NCBI RefSeq assembly: GCF_006345805.1
Contig: NC_043015.1
Location: forward strand, 17,174,001-17,238,000
Origin: Octopus sinensis
Taxonomy: Eukaryota
Direction: 5' to 3'
Length of the DNA stretch: 64,000 nt
Part shown: piece by piece, positions 26,824-39,961 of the stretch
Numbering within the stretch: position 1 is the stretch's first letter
Layout of the letters: each line of letters starts with the position of its first letter
The notes under the pieces: model-generated
Database searches by the model: none
Told to the model about the DNA's origin: nothing
The model's input: the letters and a program-made list of their open reading frames with translations, nothing else
Translations under genes and position numbers: made by a program

Positions 26824-26934
26824 CATGTTAGATGAAGCAGGAAAAATATCTTGATCAAGGAGAAATTCGCTCACGCCGCTATCGTCCAAGTCACCCAACT
26901 TTCGATCAGATCCGTAGAGGGAGTCCATGGTCAT
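26824..26934 (-). CDS. Candidate first coding exon of a host gene (acidic N-terminus, tentatively CREB3-like bZIP family)
   Basis: MTMDSLYGSDRKLGDLDDSGVSEFLLDQDIFPASSNM then ATG|GTAGGC phase-0 donor; in-frame upstream TGA; non-repetitive CpG-containing context. Family assignment is weak and from recall only. Confidence 0.5.
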
Positions 26935-27072
26935 AAGTCCCGAGAGGTATCCTAGAAAGGGGAAAACACCTCAAGGGATGAGTCGTTAACCGCAAAAAAC
27001 CACTTGGCGGAAGAAGAAACCCCGAAACTTCGTCGGTCCTGTCTGATATGTGAATGTTGTTTAAGACTGAGT

Positions 27073-27080
27073 GGGCGGGG
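27073..27080. promoter_or_regulatory. GC box upstream of the candidate exon
   Basis: GGGCGGGG about 140 bp upstream of the candidate ATG; motif only. Confidence 0.3.
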
Positions 27081-28949
27081 CAGCTAGCAGCTGGTCTCAC
27101 GCTCTCTCACTTTCCTAGAGAGAGTCGTCGAGAAAAATTAGTTCTCTTTCAGTCATTACTTTAAATCAGACTTTCTGAATAATCTTAAAATTATGAAAAA
27201 GAATTAATTATTGTTTTACTCAGAAGTATTTTTCTATACCTTTTATTCCATTTTAGGATGATTGTATAAGTTTTCATGTAGTATAAAAATGCTTGCGTGT
27301 TGGCGAATGAATATTCATGTAAGGTGATCAGGACAGTCAGCGTTTGAAAGAAGTCAGCTGTATAGTCCAATGAGAAACTCTTACCCTGAATAAATTAATT
27401 TAATGGCTGAAGAGCCAACTGTTGCGCTGACGCCGGGTTCCTGGCTGTTGTTTCATCACGAATTAACACTAGTAAAATAAAGCGAAAACATCTTCCTGAA
27501 TATTTCTGTCATTGAACATTTATAACTGTACGACTGGAAATAAGTAAAATAAAATAAAATATAGTTATTCTTAATAGGCTATTTACTAACATATGTTTAC
27601 TAGCGAAATCCATGTGTAATATCTTCTCGTGATCTTATTATGACAAACTTAAGGAGTTTATTCTGATAAAATATTTGAAAATATTTAAACAGAAATAAAA
27701 TCGGATCAAATTCTATGTGTAGTTTTTAAACTTTCAATTATCAACGTTCAAATATTGATAATCAAGAAATAAGCTACTGATGAGATGAGTTCACTTCACT
27801 GTTCCGATTCCAAGTGAGAGCCAATTTATTGTTTCTGCGAAGGCATGTACGTGAAAACATTACCATTTTACTTTCTCTCTAAATTCAAGTGTTTATGACT
27901 TTACGCTGCAAACAAAAGAAGTATCAAACAGTCATTAAAATGAGTATTAATGTGATGTAGCAGCACAATCTGCGAGATTGTAATTTTATCGAAATAAATC
28001 TGAGTAAACAGCTTTGCAGTTTAATTAAAACCAATTACGTGTCAATAGCAGAGGCAACTCTAATAGCGAAAACAATAAAATGACACGCGAAATTTTTAGT
28101 GGTCCTTATCCTGCCGAGGTCAAATTTGTCTTTTTATCCTTTCGGGGTCAAAGAAATAAAGTACCAGTCAAGTTGACCAGGATCAATGTTATTGCCAAAC
28201 CCCTCCCCCCCCCCACAAAAAAATGTTGATTTTATGCCTAAATTAGAAACAATTATTAGTAGAATAATTAGATTGTCGAGGAAAAATCGTTCCTAGATTT
28301 CTTCTCGTTCAAATTCTGCCGAGATCAACTTCCCTTTTATCTCTCTGGGGTTGATGATGTACTTGGTCGATCTAATCGATTAATCCCACTCCTCAAAACT
28401 GCTAGTCTTGACCCCAAATTAGACATTATTATTATTATTTGTTTTGTGGGAAGGTCACTATGTCCCAATATTATTTTGGTTTTGTGAGAAAGTAGCTATG
28501 TCTCAATATATCCTAAGTTCAAATTTTCTGAAGTTCGAGTTTTGTCATTCCTCCTGGCATCGAAAAAATATGCATTAGTCGGTTACGGGAATAGATTTGA
28601 TACTTTCTCCTATAAGCAGTATCAAAGTTGGAAATAATTTTTCTCGGGTATAGAATAGAGTAATAGGCAGCAGAGTTGTTGTCTAAGCAGTTGACATAGT
28701 TCCGATTTCCTCATGGCCCCACCAGATTCGTTTTATGGTGAAGGACAGGTGGAAATGTCAGAATGAGTATTTAGTTTCGTCCCACGGAATTATAATTATA
28801 ATTATTTAATGATGGTTTAATGATGGCGGATTGAATTAAATATGGAAGATTATCGAATTAAAAGCTTAACATGTTATTGTATTAGACATTGAATTTTATA
28901 TATACAATTATAACTTTTATAATGAATTGAACTCTTTCACCTTTTATAT

Positions 28950-29330
28950 ATTTGATCTCTTCAACCATTTCCTTAAGGAAAGAAGGCAATGTCCATGACC
29001 TTTTGCTTTTTAGAGCCTCCGAAACAGGTAGGAAGTTATTCTCAAACTGGAGACCTGCGTGGTCCAAATACTTGCAATGCAATGAACTCCACTAGAAGCA
29101 CCGAAGGACCAGGGCGATCGATTAAGTTTACCATACAAGAATTAATACCTCAAAGAGCCGGAAGCAAATATCGCGAACAATTTTGTCTTATGTTGTAACA
29201 ATTCTACCAATTCATTGATAATTAAATTTATAGTTTTAGTTTGGGTGGATATGGCCTACCTTATTTCAAAGAATTTCTAAGCAGTCGCTCAACCAGCTAA
29301 AAATGACATTTTCCAAGAAATCACTCTTAA
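28950..29330 (-). mobile_element. Highly degenerate CR1-like RT fragment
   Basis: GNVIFSWLSDCL and NINELVELLQHKTKLFA resemble CR1 RT segments; weak. Confidence 0.3.
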
Positions 29331-29940
29331 CCGTCTTAAGGAGAGTTACATCGAAGAGTATGTACAAAAATCTACAAAACGACCGGATAATCACAACGAA
29401 AAAAACAAACGTTGCAGCCTAGAGACCGCGTACCTGATTATCAATCACTGAGAGCCACTAGAACATAACTTATTAAAACACGCAAAAATATATAGCACAA
29501 AGAAATACACAATAATTACACAGTTATCGTCATGTAATTATCACATAGAGTGCACCTTCCCCAGTATTTTGTAACTGACATATTGTTGTCACTCTATAGT
29601 TATATAGTACAGCATATTAACTCCAACGTTTAATTACAGTACAAAAAACAGTCATATTACAGTAGCTTCGAATTATTTCAACACACACACTCACACACAA
29701 CACACACACACACACACCACACACACACACACACACACACTACAAATCATTATATCAGTCATGCAAATAGCTACACAACATGTTTTTAAAACCTACATGC
29801 ATATTGCTGCTGGAGCATGTTATTACTAAACTCTATATTCTGACAACAGACGGGCGATAGCAAAATTTTATTGAAATCAAGAGACAGTAAAATGAACACC
29901 TACTTGTAACAGAGTTACATGTTATTAAAAACATAATACA

Positions 29941-30113
29941 CAGGCGCAGTCCCAGGAATTTTTCGAAGGAGGGGCACAAGGTCGGAAGGGAATACAATTC
30001 CAGGAGAAAAGGGCGTAATAACGTTAGTTAGAAGGGCGCACTTCTTTTCTTGAGGGGGGCACACGCCCCTCAGTCCGCTCTCCCTCAGCCACCCTCCCTT
30101 GGGTCTGGACCTG
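29941..30113. mobile_element. 173-bp GC-rich MITE-like element
   Basis: Imperfect TIRs CAGGCGCAGTCCCAGG / CCTTGGGTCTGGACCTG; ATACA on both flanks. Confidence 0.65.
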
Positions 30114-30184
30114 ATACATGTAATACAGACACATAATACATGTAATTCAACAACAACAGTGAATGCTGTATATTATACAACACG

Positions 30185-32623
30185 TGTAATAGACAAAAAC
30201 TTACCAACTGATGTTGCTTCTGTGTTACATGTAGCTTTTGCCTCGGTTAGTGGCGTGCTCGAGCAAGGCTGATCTGGAACCCCACAACAGTGGCATATAA
30301 TAAAGAAACAACAAGAACATCTAAGAGAGGCAAACGAGAATACAAGACAAAGAGGACAAATCTGACAGATTCAACAGTTACATGCATCGAAGAAAAAGTT
30401 ACCTCTAGCAAAGAGACTGCTCGCTGCTTTTATTTAACGCGTAAATTACATTTAACATACAGTTCAGTGTAACACACATAAGTGGGGGGTGTCTATATGT
30501 AATACATGCAACACAATTGCGAGTTCTGCTTCAAAGGAAGGGAACACCTAAGATCCTGCAATTAGTGACGTATCCAATAGAGTGGAAACGGTTATCATTT
30601 TTCCAAACCATTACTCCAATTCCCTCCCCAGTAAACACCACTTTTGATCATAGGTCTAAGCAAATAGCTGACTTGGGGAAACAACAATAACATCAGCCGT
30701 ATCTGGCGTGAGAATTCCCTGATTATGTCGTGCGCCTGTGAATTCCAGCTGTCTTTCGTTTATGGGACCTAATATCCCTATCTCAGCAGAGTGCATCGAT
30801 AGGAGTATCTATGATTTGCATTTGACCAAAATTCACTATTTCCACCTGGCCCGTATGCAGCTCTGCAGAAGCGTCTTGTGCTCCATCTTCCGAGCATCTC
30901 TCTCAGCTGCTCTGAGTGAAAAAAACTGCGCTGTTGTTCCAAGAACACCCCATTCAGAACTTCTGCGATTTTGGCAGCAGTCTCCACCCTGATTTTTCTC
31001 CATATAACCATTCGTCCCTATCCATAGTCGACCATTGAAAGTATATCTTTCTCCGATAGTGCGTCGCGTCAATGGCTAGCCACTTCTAGTCTCCTACCTG
31101 AATCTTTCCTGGTTTGTGTGCGTGCGGGGCAAGATCGATCGATTGGTACCTGTTGCAATTCCCCACTGTTTTTCGAACGCTCTCCCTGGTGACATCGGGG
31201 TCGACATTCCTAGCCAAAACAAACGTCCTGTCAACCTCCACGTGCTGCATGTTGTGCAGTCTCTTAAGCTTTGTGCCCTCCAGCTGACATATCGCTGCTA
31301 CCCCACTTGGAAATCCGCTATTGTTTCCAATCAATTCCTTTTCACTCTGTTTAGAATGTCCGCCTTATTCTTTTCTGAGGGCACGAACACCACATGCAGC
31401 TCCAGATCGAACTCGACAGCTACCCCCCTCAGGATTCCCAAGCAACGTTTAATCACCATTTCTGCAGCCCCTTTCGTGCAGATCCTCTTCCGGTTGGTGA
31501 TCACTAACTCTTCACACTCTCGCACTGTGGCAGAATCAGTCCGGACCTCGACGATTACTCTCAATGCTATGCTGCTTGCGTCGCACCACACAGTCCCTTT
31601 CTTTGTATCAGGCACGTACCAGCTACCCTTCACTGGGTGTCCCGCTCGCACTCTCTCCAAGACCACTTGCATCATCACCATCCACTTTATCACCCCAGTT
31701 CACTCCCTCTGCTTGCATTTTGACATAACTACATGCTGTCCGGAGCAATCCTGCGACAGGATAGTTACCCACCAACTTCCCACACTTTGAGAAAAGCTCT
31801 CACCTATTCATATTCTGATTTAGATCCGGGATCTCATTTCCTCTGTGAAACACAAGCCTACCCACTTTGTCTCTTTCGAGCCAGAGCCCCAGCGTATTAC
31901 CTCCTGCTATAGCCTCTGTTGGTTTTGTTGTTAGCTCGAACCGCCTAAGATGGTCCACGATTTCCTCTTCTACATTCTCATCTGCCAAGATATCATCGAT
32001 ATATGAGCTGGTAGCCTGCTTCACTTTGACCTCTTTGCCCAAAACCGCTTTGAGGACCTTCACCATGATCTTCGGCGCCGAAACTCAGTCGAGTCAGGTA
32101 GTTCGTTCTGCCCATGTACCGTACTAGTAGGTACTTCCACAACTTCTCTGATACATGGAGCTGCAGATAGGTCGACTTGAGGCTGAAGATTGTAGTCGCC
32201 ACCCTCATTCACCTCCACTCACCCCTGTCCCGTCAACCGTCACACCTCCTAATCGAATGATCATGTCCGTTCCGACCACTACATCGACGCCGTCCACCAT
32301 TTCATCAATTACAATCACCTGCAGCCTCAACACGGACCCTTGTATCTCCATTTCCACATCGCTGATGCCTCTACATTTGACCTCCCTACCATCTACCGCT
32401 CTGAGCCTAGTGTTTCCTCTCGAGCTGCCGACCATTCTTGCGGTCAACAGGGTTGTTGTGCAACCCGTACCCACAAGGGATCGTAACAAACAAAAACTCA
32501 CCTGTAACCAAATGATGTTGCTTCTGTATTACATGTAGCTGTTGTCTCTGTTAGTGGCGTGTTCGAGCAAGGCTGATCTGGAACCCCACAACAATGGCAT
32601 GTAATAAAGAAACAACAAGAACA
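30185..32623 (-). mobile_element. Ty3/Gypsy-like LTR retrotransposon remnant (PR-RT-RH-IN order)
   Basis: Protease LVGTGCTTT (DTG decayed), RT YIDDIL, RNase H WCDASS...NKADIL, integrase zinc-finger-like and core segments; direct repeats 30209-30319 and 32513-32623. Confidence 0.8.
30209..30319. repeat. LTR-derived direct repeat, copy 1 (copy 2 at 32513-32623)
   Basis: 111 nt with 7 mismatches by hand alignment. Confidence 0.85.
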
Positions 32624-33635
32624 TGTGGTTTGAAGGCAAGTAAATAAAGTCATTCTTACCTCGACTTGCAATCGGGTACCGCCGGCAGATTGCTCAATTC
32701 TTAATACATGTTGTCACGACCTCTCTATTGCCACGTCTCGCCTCTGTTGCAAATAGCATGAAAAAGAAGGAAACTTTTCTTCTTACTTGCCGACATGACT
32801 TCATCTTCCTCCCACCACAGTCCGCAACACCCCACATTATGTCACGGTAGTTAAGTCAATGTGAATCGATTTCACTCTAAAGATTTCTGATAAGGTTACC
32901 AGCGACCAAGAGTTCAACCTTCTTTGTTAGAAAATACTGTAGCACCCAACATTCGTTATTCTACATCTGATACGCTACAATTACACACCCTGGACAAACC
33001 CATCCTACCGATTGACAAAATACTTCAACCTCTTACCTACGGACAAACAGTCGCTCCATCCTGTTTTTCTACTGCCACTACAATGAATACTTCTCTTTCT
33101 CAGAGAAAGAACCAGTGATCAATATTCTACCATTTATCCAAAAACTATATGATTTCGCCGTGACGATTGGTGAGATGATCAAATTTCTTCTGACATTCAA
33201 CTTAATTCGTTCTCCATAACATCACATCTCTCCTTTTAGCTTTCTTTTTCCATCGCTCCCCCACTCTACCATAGTGAACAATGCAAGGCCCTCGCTCCAA
33301 ACGGTACTGAAATGTTTTACCCCCACCTCTTAATAGTTTCTCATTTTAGGTACAAGGCCAGCTATTTTGAGAGACGAAGTAGTCGAAACCATCGACTCTA
33401 GTATTTGATTGGTACTTTATTTTAGAGCAAACAAAATAGACTTTTTACGTTTATATATTTGTTTTGCAAGATTTTCGATGTGAAATCGTGTGCTGAAACA
33501 GATATTGTTGTATTTAGGAATGGTTATTTTGCCAGTTTAGCCAAAAAAAAAACAAAAAAAAACACACGCACTATATATTTGGTGTTATTTTGCTTCAGCG
33601 TTATTTATTTTTTACATTAATCTTAATCTTATTTC

Positions 33636-33908
33636 GGCCAGAGTTCTTTCGTCACACTCCTGTGACCGCATTAGTGGTCCTTTGCTTTCTTCTTTCTTAT
33701 TTGTGTGTCTCTCCTTACTAACCGTCAGCCATTTTGTATTTCTATTGTATGTGCCTTCATTTGCGCATGCTTATATCTCTATGTGCGTTTATGTTTATTT
33801 AGTGTGTGTGTGTGAGGGGAATGCCTGTAATATTTGTATCTCCTGTTTATATACGTTCGTATAATTTGTTTTTGTTTTTGTTTATTTTGTTCATGTGTTT
33901 ACACCCAC

Positions 33909-33975
<67 letters not shown>

Positions 33976-34021
33976 CATTATCATTATTATTATTATGAAT
34001 GTATGTATGTATGTATGTATG

Positions 34022-34082
<61 letters not shown>

Positions 34083-34640
34083 GTAATAATAATAATAAAA
34101 AAGAAAAAAATGTATATAGTTATTTACTTCCATTTGTTTATTTATCTGTGTATTTTATTTTATTATGTTTTCAGTTTTGTTTATATTGTAACCAGTTTAT
34201 GGGGATCTTCTTCTGTCATATGTTGTGGTGTGTGCTAGTGTTCCATTCCAGTTTCCTATTCAGGCTAGGTTTTATCTTCTATATAAATAGACTTTATATC
34301 AATGTAATTCTTCTTTCAATGCCATGACGTTAGACAAGTTTTAAAAGTTTAAAAACTCAGCTTAACTGAATTTGGCAATTTATCTACCCAATTCTCACCG
34401 CCTCCCTATTTCCATAAGAAACACTTTCAACTCAACATGATGTAAGCATCATCAAATATTTTCATCAGCCTTGTATATGCTGCACATCTGTATTAGCCTC
34501 TACCTTTCTCTCTACATTGCTCTCAGCCAAGCAAACCTTTGTCTTTTGGTTGAGCATCTTGGACTCCCTATTTTAGTACTTTACGTGTTAGCCGGTCACA
34601 TGCTCCAGCCATCAACATCTACACTTCAGTACATTTTTTT
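33636..34640 (-). mobile_element. Degenerate Penelope 3' end with a decayed hammerhead (33636-33680)
   Basis: KIKPSLNRKLEW endonuclease C-terminus near 34240-34290; downstream ggacca-CTAATGC-GGTCAC(aggagt)GTGAC-GAAAG-aa-CTC-tggcc. Confidence 0.5.
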
Positions 34641-35669
34641 CTGCTTTCCTAATTTACTCTTTCCTGTTTTTCTATTACTCTTTCACAACCTCACTCATTC
34701 TCTCATTTGTTGCAACGCCCTCCACCAAATTTTCTGTCTGTCTGTCTGTCTCTCTCTCTCTATCTTTCACCCTCCCCCCACAATCTTCTCACTTTCTATC
34801 TCCTCCTCTCATTTCTTACTTTACCTTCCATCTTCTCTCAATCACTCTCTATTCTTGCTGTCTTTTCTTTTTATCTCTTTTTCTCTCTTCTTCTCTTCTT
34901 GTTCCCCTTTATGCTCCTCCCTTTTATCCAAATTTTTTAATTCACTTTTCACATACTCCTCCTTTTCTGTGCTTTTCATAGCTTTCTCTCTCTTTCTACT
35001 ATTCAACACTGTCACCTTGTATCCCTATCTTCTTTCTTTTTCTTGTCCAACTCTTCCATTATTACCCCCTCCCATATTTATACGTTCTCTCCCTCCAGTT
35101 GACCTCTTTCATACAGGTTGGCAATTTATCTACCCAATTATTAATATTTTTATCGTGCGAACTCTCATAAGTAGTCTGATAGCATTCAACGTATACAATA
35201 TTTTGTAAATATCAATTCAATTTGAAAAAAAAAAGTGTTTGATGCATGAAACGAGCCCCTTAACACAACGCGTATATATAAACACACGCTTGCACACACA
35301 CATTTGCATATACATGTATATTGCATTCATAAGATATAAACCCCTTGTGTTTGTATGTAAAAAAAAACAACAATAATGTTAATTAACCAGAGACGGCTGC
35401 ATCCACGTTGAAATAAAATACTGGAGACAACCTAGGACATGTTTTGCACTCGATAGACTTCTTCGGTGAAGTAGAGCTTAGCGAATTTGTTGTTGCTGGT
35501 TGACAGTATTATAACCAGAGTTGGAATGAAACATTAGCATATTGTGTCATAGAATTAACTGAAATATTATTTGTTCTTTTCTTAACTCAGAATATTTATG
35601 ATTAGATCTAATGTTCTACATTAAATATGCACTTCTTTCTTTGTATATATGCATGTGTGTGTATCTTCT

Positions 35670-35885
35670 ATCTTTTAGTTGTTTCAACCATTAGACGGCG
35701 GCCATGCTGGGGCACAACCTTTAATAATTTTAGTCCAACGATTCGAGCCCAGTACTTATTTTATGTGTATTTGTAAAGCCTGATATTTATCCTATCGGTC
35801 TGCTTCGCCGAACCGATAAGTTACGGAGATGTAAACACACCAACACCGGTTGTCAAGCGGTGAGGGTGGAGACAAACACAAACAC
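35670..35885 (-). mobile_element. SINE family B, 3' half
   Basis: Reverse complement of the family B 3' half. Confidence 0.7.
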
Positions 35886-36090
35886 TTCGTGTTTACAAAC
35901 ACACGCACCTAAATATACACACCTGATTACAAAGTTCACGCATGAATAAATTCTGAACAATAACATAACCTAAAATTTAATCAATAAAATTTTCTCCGCA
36001 ACACCTCTCCATCACAACCTAATTACCATTCAACTAGATCCCACAAATCCCATAAAACTTTTATATAAAGCTAAGATTAATTTAATGTAT

Positions 36091-36140
36091 CACAGTCTGA
36101 TGATGGCTTAGCAGGCCGAAACTTAGAAGGCACTGTCACT
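36091..36140 (+). ncRNA. Hammerhead ribozyme motif with canonical core
   Basis: cacagt-CTGATGA-T-GGCTT(agc)AGGCC-GAAA-C...GTC-ACT; stems I and III are weak. Confidence 0.5.
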
Positions 36141-36256
36141 TCTATTCTTATTAAAGAATAACAAATTTGTACTATACAGAAGTATAGAGTATCCCTTTTG
36201 ATTCATGTGAAATTGTTTTATTTGTAAGCGAACTTAAAAGCAAACATTGATATAGA

Positions 36257-37195
36257 CTAGCGGGACCCGTGAATATTTCACGGAATTAATAGTAAACCTA
36301 CTGGGTTATTCCTGAAAACTTTATCCAAAAATCTGAAAGCGTAGCCTGTATTGTGTCTATATGGAAAGATAGTGGTTCATCTGCTACTTATTGAAAAGTT
36401 AAAGAAATTGGAATACGATGATTAATTAATGCACTTTATATACTTTATTCACAATTTTATAGACTTAATACACAGCACTCATAAAATGAATATTCACTCT
36501 TATTTTTCCATTTCCCCCATAAACAAAAACAGTCCCGTACTTATGATACAACCTTTTGCTAAATTGCAAATATCTGCCACGTAAATAAGCGTGAATATTT
36601 TACGGAATTGCACTTATGCGCATGCGTTAAGTAGTAGGTGACATAAAAAAAACTTAGTTCCATTTAAAAAAAATACACTTTTTACTATCCAATCACCTCC
36701 ACTACAACCTCCATCCCCCACCATCATCTCTCTCCTCCTCCTCCTCTTCCTCCTCTCTCTCTCTCTCCCTCCACTCTCTCTCTCCTGCCCCTTTCTCTCA
36801 CCATCAGAACATCACCCATCTGATAAAATTATTATGTTCCCCTACCACACGTCATAGACACTTCTCTCTCTCTTCTCTCTCTGTCTTTTTATCTCTCTCT
36901 TTCCTTCTCCCTCTTTCTGTCTCACTCTTCGCCTTATCCTCTTTTTCTCTCTCCTTTTCTTTCTCCTCTCTTTCCCTTCAGCTAATCACGTGAAAGCGTT
37001 ACAATGACATTCCATCTACCTCATGTCATGAACGCTTGTCTCTCCCTCTTTTTCTCACTCTCTCTTTTTCTTCCTTCCTCTTTTTCTCTTTCCCTCTTTT
37101 TCTCTTTCTCTCTTTTTCTCTAATCACATGAAAGCGTTACCGACGGGCTAAGTAACGCAATGATAGGCAGAATTACTATAAGATGGAAAGATAGA
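36257..37195 (-). mobile_element. Complete 939-bp non-autonomous Helitron
   Basis: Minus strand A|TCTATC...CCGTGAAATATTCACGG hairpin...CTAG|T; CT-rich interior. Confidence 0.8.
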
Positions 37196-37499
37196 TGAGT
37201 GTTTTTGTATGTGTGTGCGTGTGTGTGTGTGTGTGTGTGTGGTGTGTGTGTGTGTGTGTGTGTGTGGTTAATTTAAGCCGGTTCAGTGTGCTTGTTATTC
37301 TGGATATTCTACAGCGTGCTGTCACTTCTTCAGGTCAAAAGACACCTCACTCAAATTTGATTATGAAAACAATGTGGAAGGAAAAAATACGTGTTGACCA
37401 TGAAAGTAACAACAGCGAAAGTAGCAGTGATAAGATTGGCTAAAAAAAAAAAAAAGAGTGATGAGAATAATGGTGATGATGAAAATAATAATTCTTTGA

Positions 37500-37690
37500 A
37501 ATTTTGGCACAAGGCCAGCAGTGTTAAGAAGAGATGTTAGTCGATTAGATCGACCCCAGTACTGAAATGGTACTTACTTTAACGAACCCGGAAAGATGAA
37601 AGACAAAGTCGACCTTGACGAGGTTTGAAATCAGGGCCGGAAGATATGCTGCGAACAATTTTTCCGACACGCTAACGACGTTTGCCTTAA
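37500..37690 (-). mobile_element. SINE family A
   Basis: Reverse complement of head, core and ggccttgtgcc tail. Confidence 0.75.
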
Positions 37691-37909
37691 CGATAATAAA
37701 CGTGAGGTATTTCAAAGAACACAAAAATTTACTATAGGAAGTTGGAATTACTAGTATCATAGAAGGACACAACTGACGGCCATACTCAGAACAGCGTATG
37801 CCTTAAGGAAAGTGATGTGCCGCTAAGCTGCGAGAACTGAGACATGAAATAGAAAACCCAGAATATAAAAATCTGGAGAGAATCGCAATAATAATAATAA
37901 TAATAATGG

Positions 37910-38320
37910 GATGAGCACAAACCGCAGAGAATGATGGAGTCGGAGACTAGCAAAATCCTCTGGGATTTTTCAATCCAAACAAATCAGGTGCTAGAGCATA
38001 ACAGACCGGGCATATTTGTGGTGGACAAGGTGCACCACATATGCTATATAGTTGATGTTGCATTCTCCGTTGATCCACGAATAGTCAAGAAGGAAGGCGA
38101 AAAGATATATTTATACAACCCTCTTAAATACGAAATAGCCCAGCTATGGAAAATGAAGAAGGTGAAGATAGTGCCAGTTATTGTTGGGTCCCTTAGGAGC
38201 AGTATCAGAAGGCATCAAGAGGAATATAAAGGAAACTGGAATAGAGTTCCCAGTAGAAGTGTTACAAACGTTTTGCCTCCTTGGCACGGCCAGAATAATC
38301 AGGAAAGTATAAGATAGCCG
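37910..38320 (+). mobile_element. R4/Dong-like LINE RLE-domain fragment
   Basis: KILWDFSIQT...NRPGI..VD...IVDVA...VPVIVGSL; follows (AAT)n. Confidence 0.75.
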
Positions 38321-38394
38321 AAAAGAAAGAATAGCATCGTACCATAGACTGCAGGTAGTAAGTCCGCTACGCATGCAAGACTCCAGGAGCTCCA

Positions 38395-38700
38395 ACAAAA
38401 TCTGTGATAAAGCGATAATGTAGGAAATACACAGGTTCTGGGCAATGAAGAGTGTGGACGTAATAGTAATAGTAATTGGTGCGCTTGGAAGTATCAACAC
38501 TCAACTGCCAGCATGGGTTAAAAAGATAGGTAAAAATGTAGAGATAGAACACCAATAAAGATCATCATTACTTGGAACTGTAAGAGTTCTCCGCAGGGTT
38601 CTTGAAGAATGATCAGTAAACAAGTGTTACCTTAGTCTACTGGTTGTGGCCAGCTGATACTTTCCATCATACCCAGTAGAATAAGCTGAAACTTTTTATT
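38395..38700 (+). mobile_element. R4/Dong-like LINE C-terminal fragment with 3' UTR
   Basis: VIGALGSI...LLGTVRVLRRVLE*; ends in (AAT)n. Confidence 0.6.
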
Positions 38701-38701
38701 A

Positions 38702-38760
<59 letters not shown>

Positions 38761-38761
38761 A

Positions 38762-38841
<80 letters not shown>

Positions 38842-38843
<2 letters not shown>

Positions 38844-39662
38844 CATGTCGTGTATGCCGACAACAAAATGAAACCATTGATCATGTTGTCTCCAAATGCA
38901 GTCTTCTAGCGCCTACAGAGTACCTCAATAGGCATGATAGAGCTGCACAATATATTCACTGGGTAATTTGCAAAAACCTGGATTTGACCCATGAAAAAAA
39001 ACTGGTGGGAACACAATCCACCTCCAGTGCTTGAAAATGACCACATCTCACTCCTCTGGAACTTCACCATTCAAACTGACAGAAAGATAGATGCAAATAG
39101 GCCAGACATTATTTTGAAAGACTTCAGACAAAGAACATGCCTCCTCATTGATATGACTGTCCCAATCGATATAAACGTATCTGTCAAGACCTACCAAAAA
39201 CTGAGCAAATATAAAGATCTTGAAATAGAAATCAGCAAAATGTGGAACCTGAAGACTAAAACAATACCTGTTGTCATAGGTACCCTGGGAATGATAGCGA
39301 AAGGGACTGATTGCTACCTAACTCAGATACCAGGAAACCCCAAAATGGCAGAAATTCAAAAGATAGTGCTCATGGGAACTGCTCATATCCTACGCAAAAT
39401 ACTCTCTATGTAATCCCAAGGTTTAAAACAAACTTTTTTTAAATTTTTAAATTTTTTTTATTTATTTATTTATTTTTTATTTTTATTTTATTTATTTTTT
39501 ATTTTTTTTTATTTTTTTTTATTTTTATGTATTAGACATTCACTAGTACAACGCCACCCCCCCCCAAATATATGGCACAGGACTTCCAACCTGTTGTCTC
39601 TTGAGGTCTCTGGGAGAGACTTGGAGCCAACTTGTACAGACATAAAGCAAAAGTCAAACATA

Positions 39663-39663
<1 letters not shown>
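38842..39663 (+). mobile_element. 5'-truncated R4/Dong-like LINE (CCHC + RLE + full 3' UTR) within (AAT)n
   Basis: Nearly identical to 60647-61330; RPDII, LIDM and K..KY.DL RLE motifs. Confidence 0.9.
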
Positions 39664-39715
<52 letters not shown>

Positions 39716-39718
<3 letters not shown>

Positions 39719-39961
39719 GCCCTGATGCAGTACCAGACAGTGACTCTCGTGGCTTCTGATCTTAACTGATCGGAAGTGTTATCATGAACATTGTTTTGTC
39801 TTGGTATAAAAGATGGGCTACAGCAAATATTCTGCTCAATACCACAGATTTGCTTGTCAGTTGTTTGACCATAACCAGTTGACCATGTTCTTTAGTGGCT
39901 GACAATATGTGCATCTCTGAGCACGAGCAGAAGTAGTGGGGGCACCTCTGGAAACATGGGT

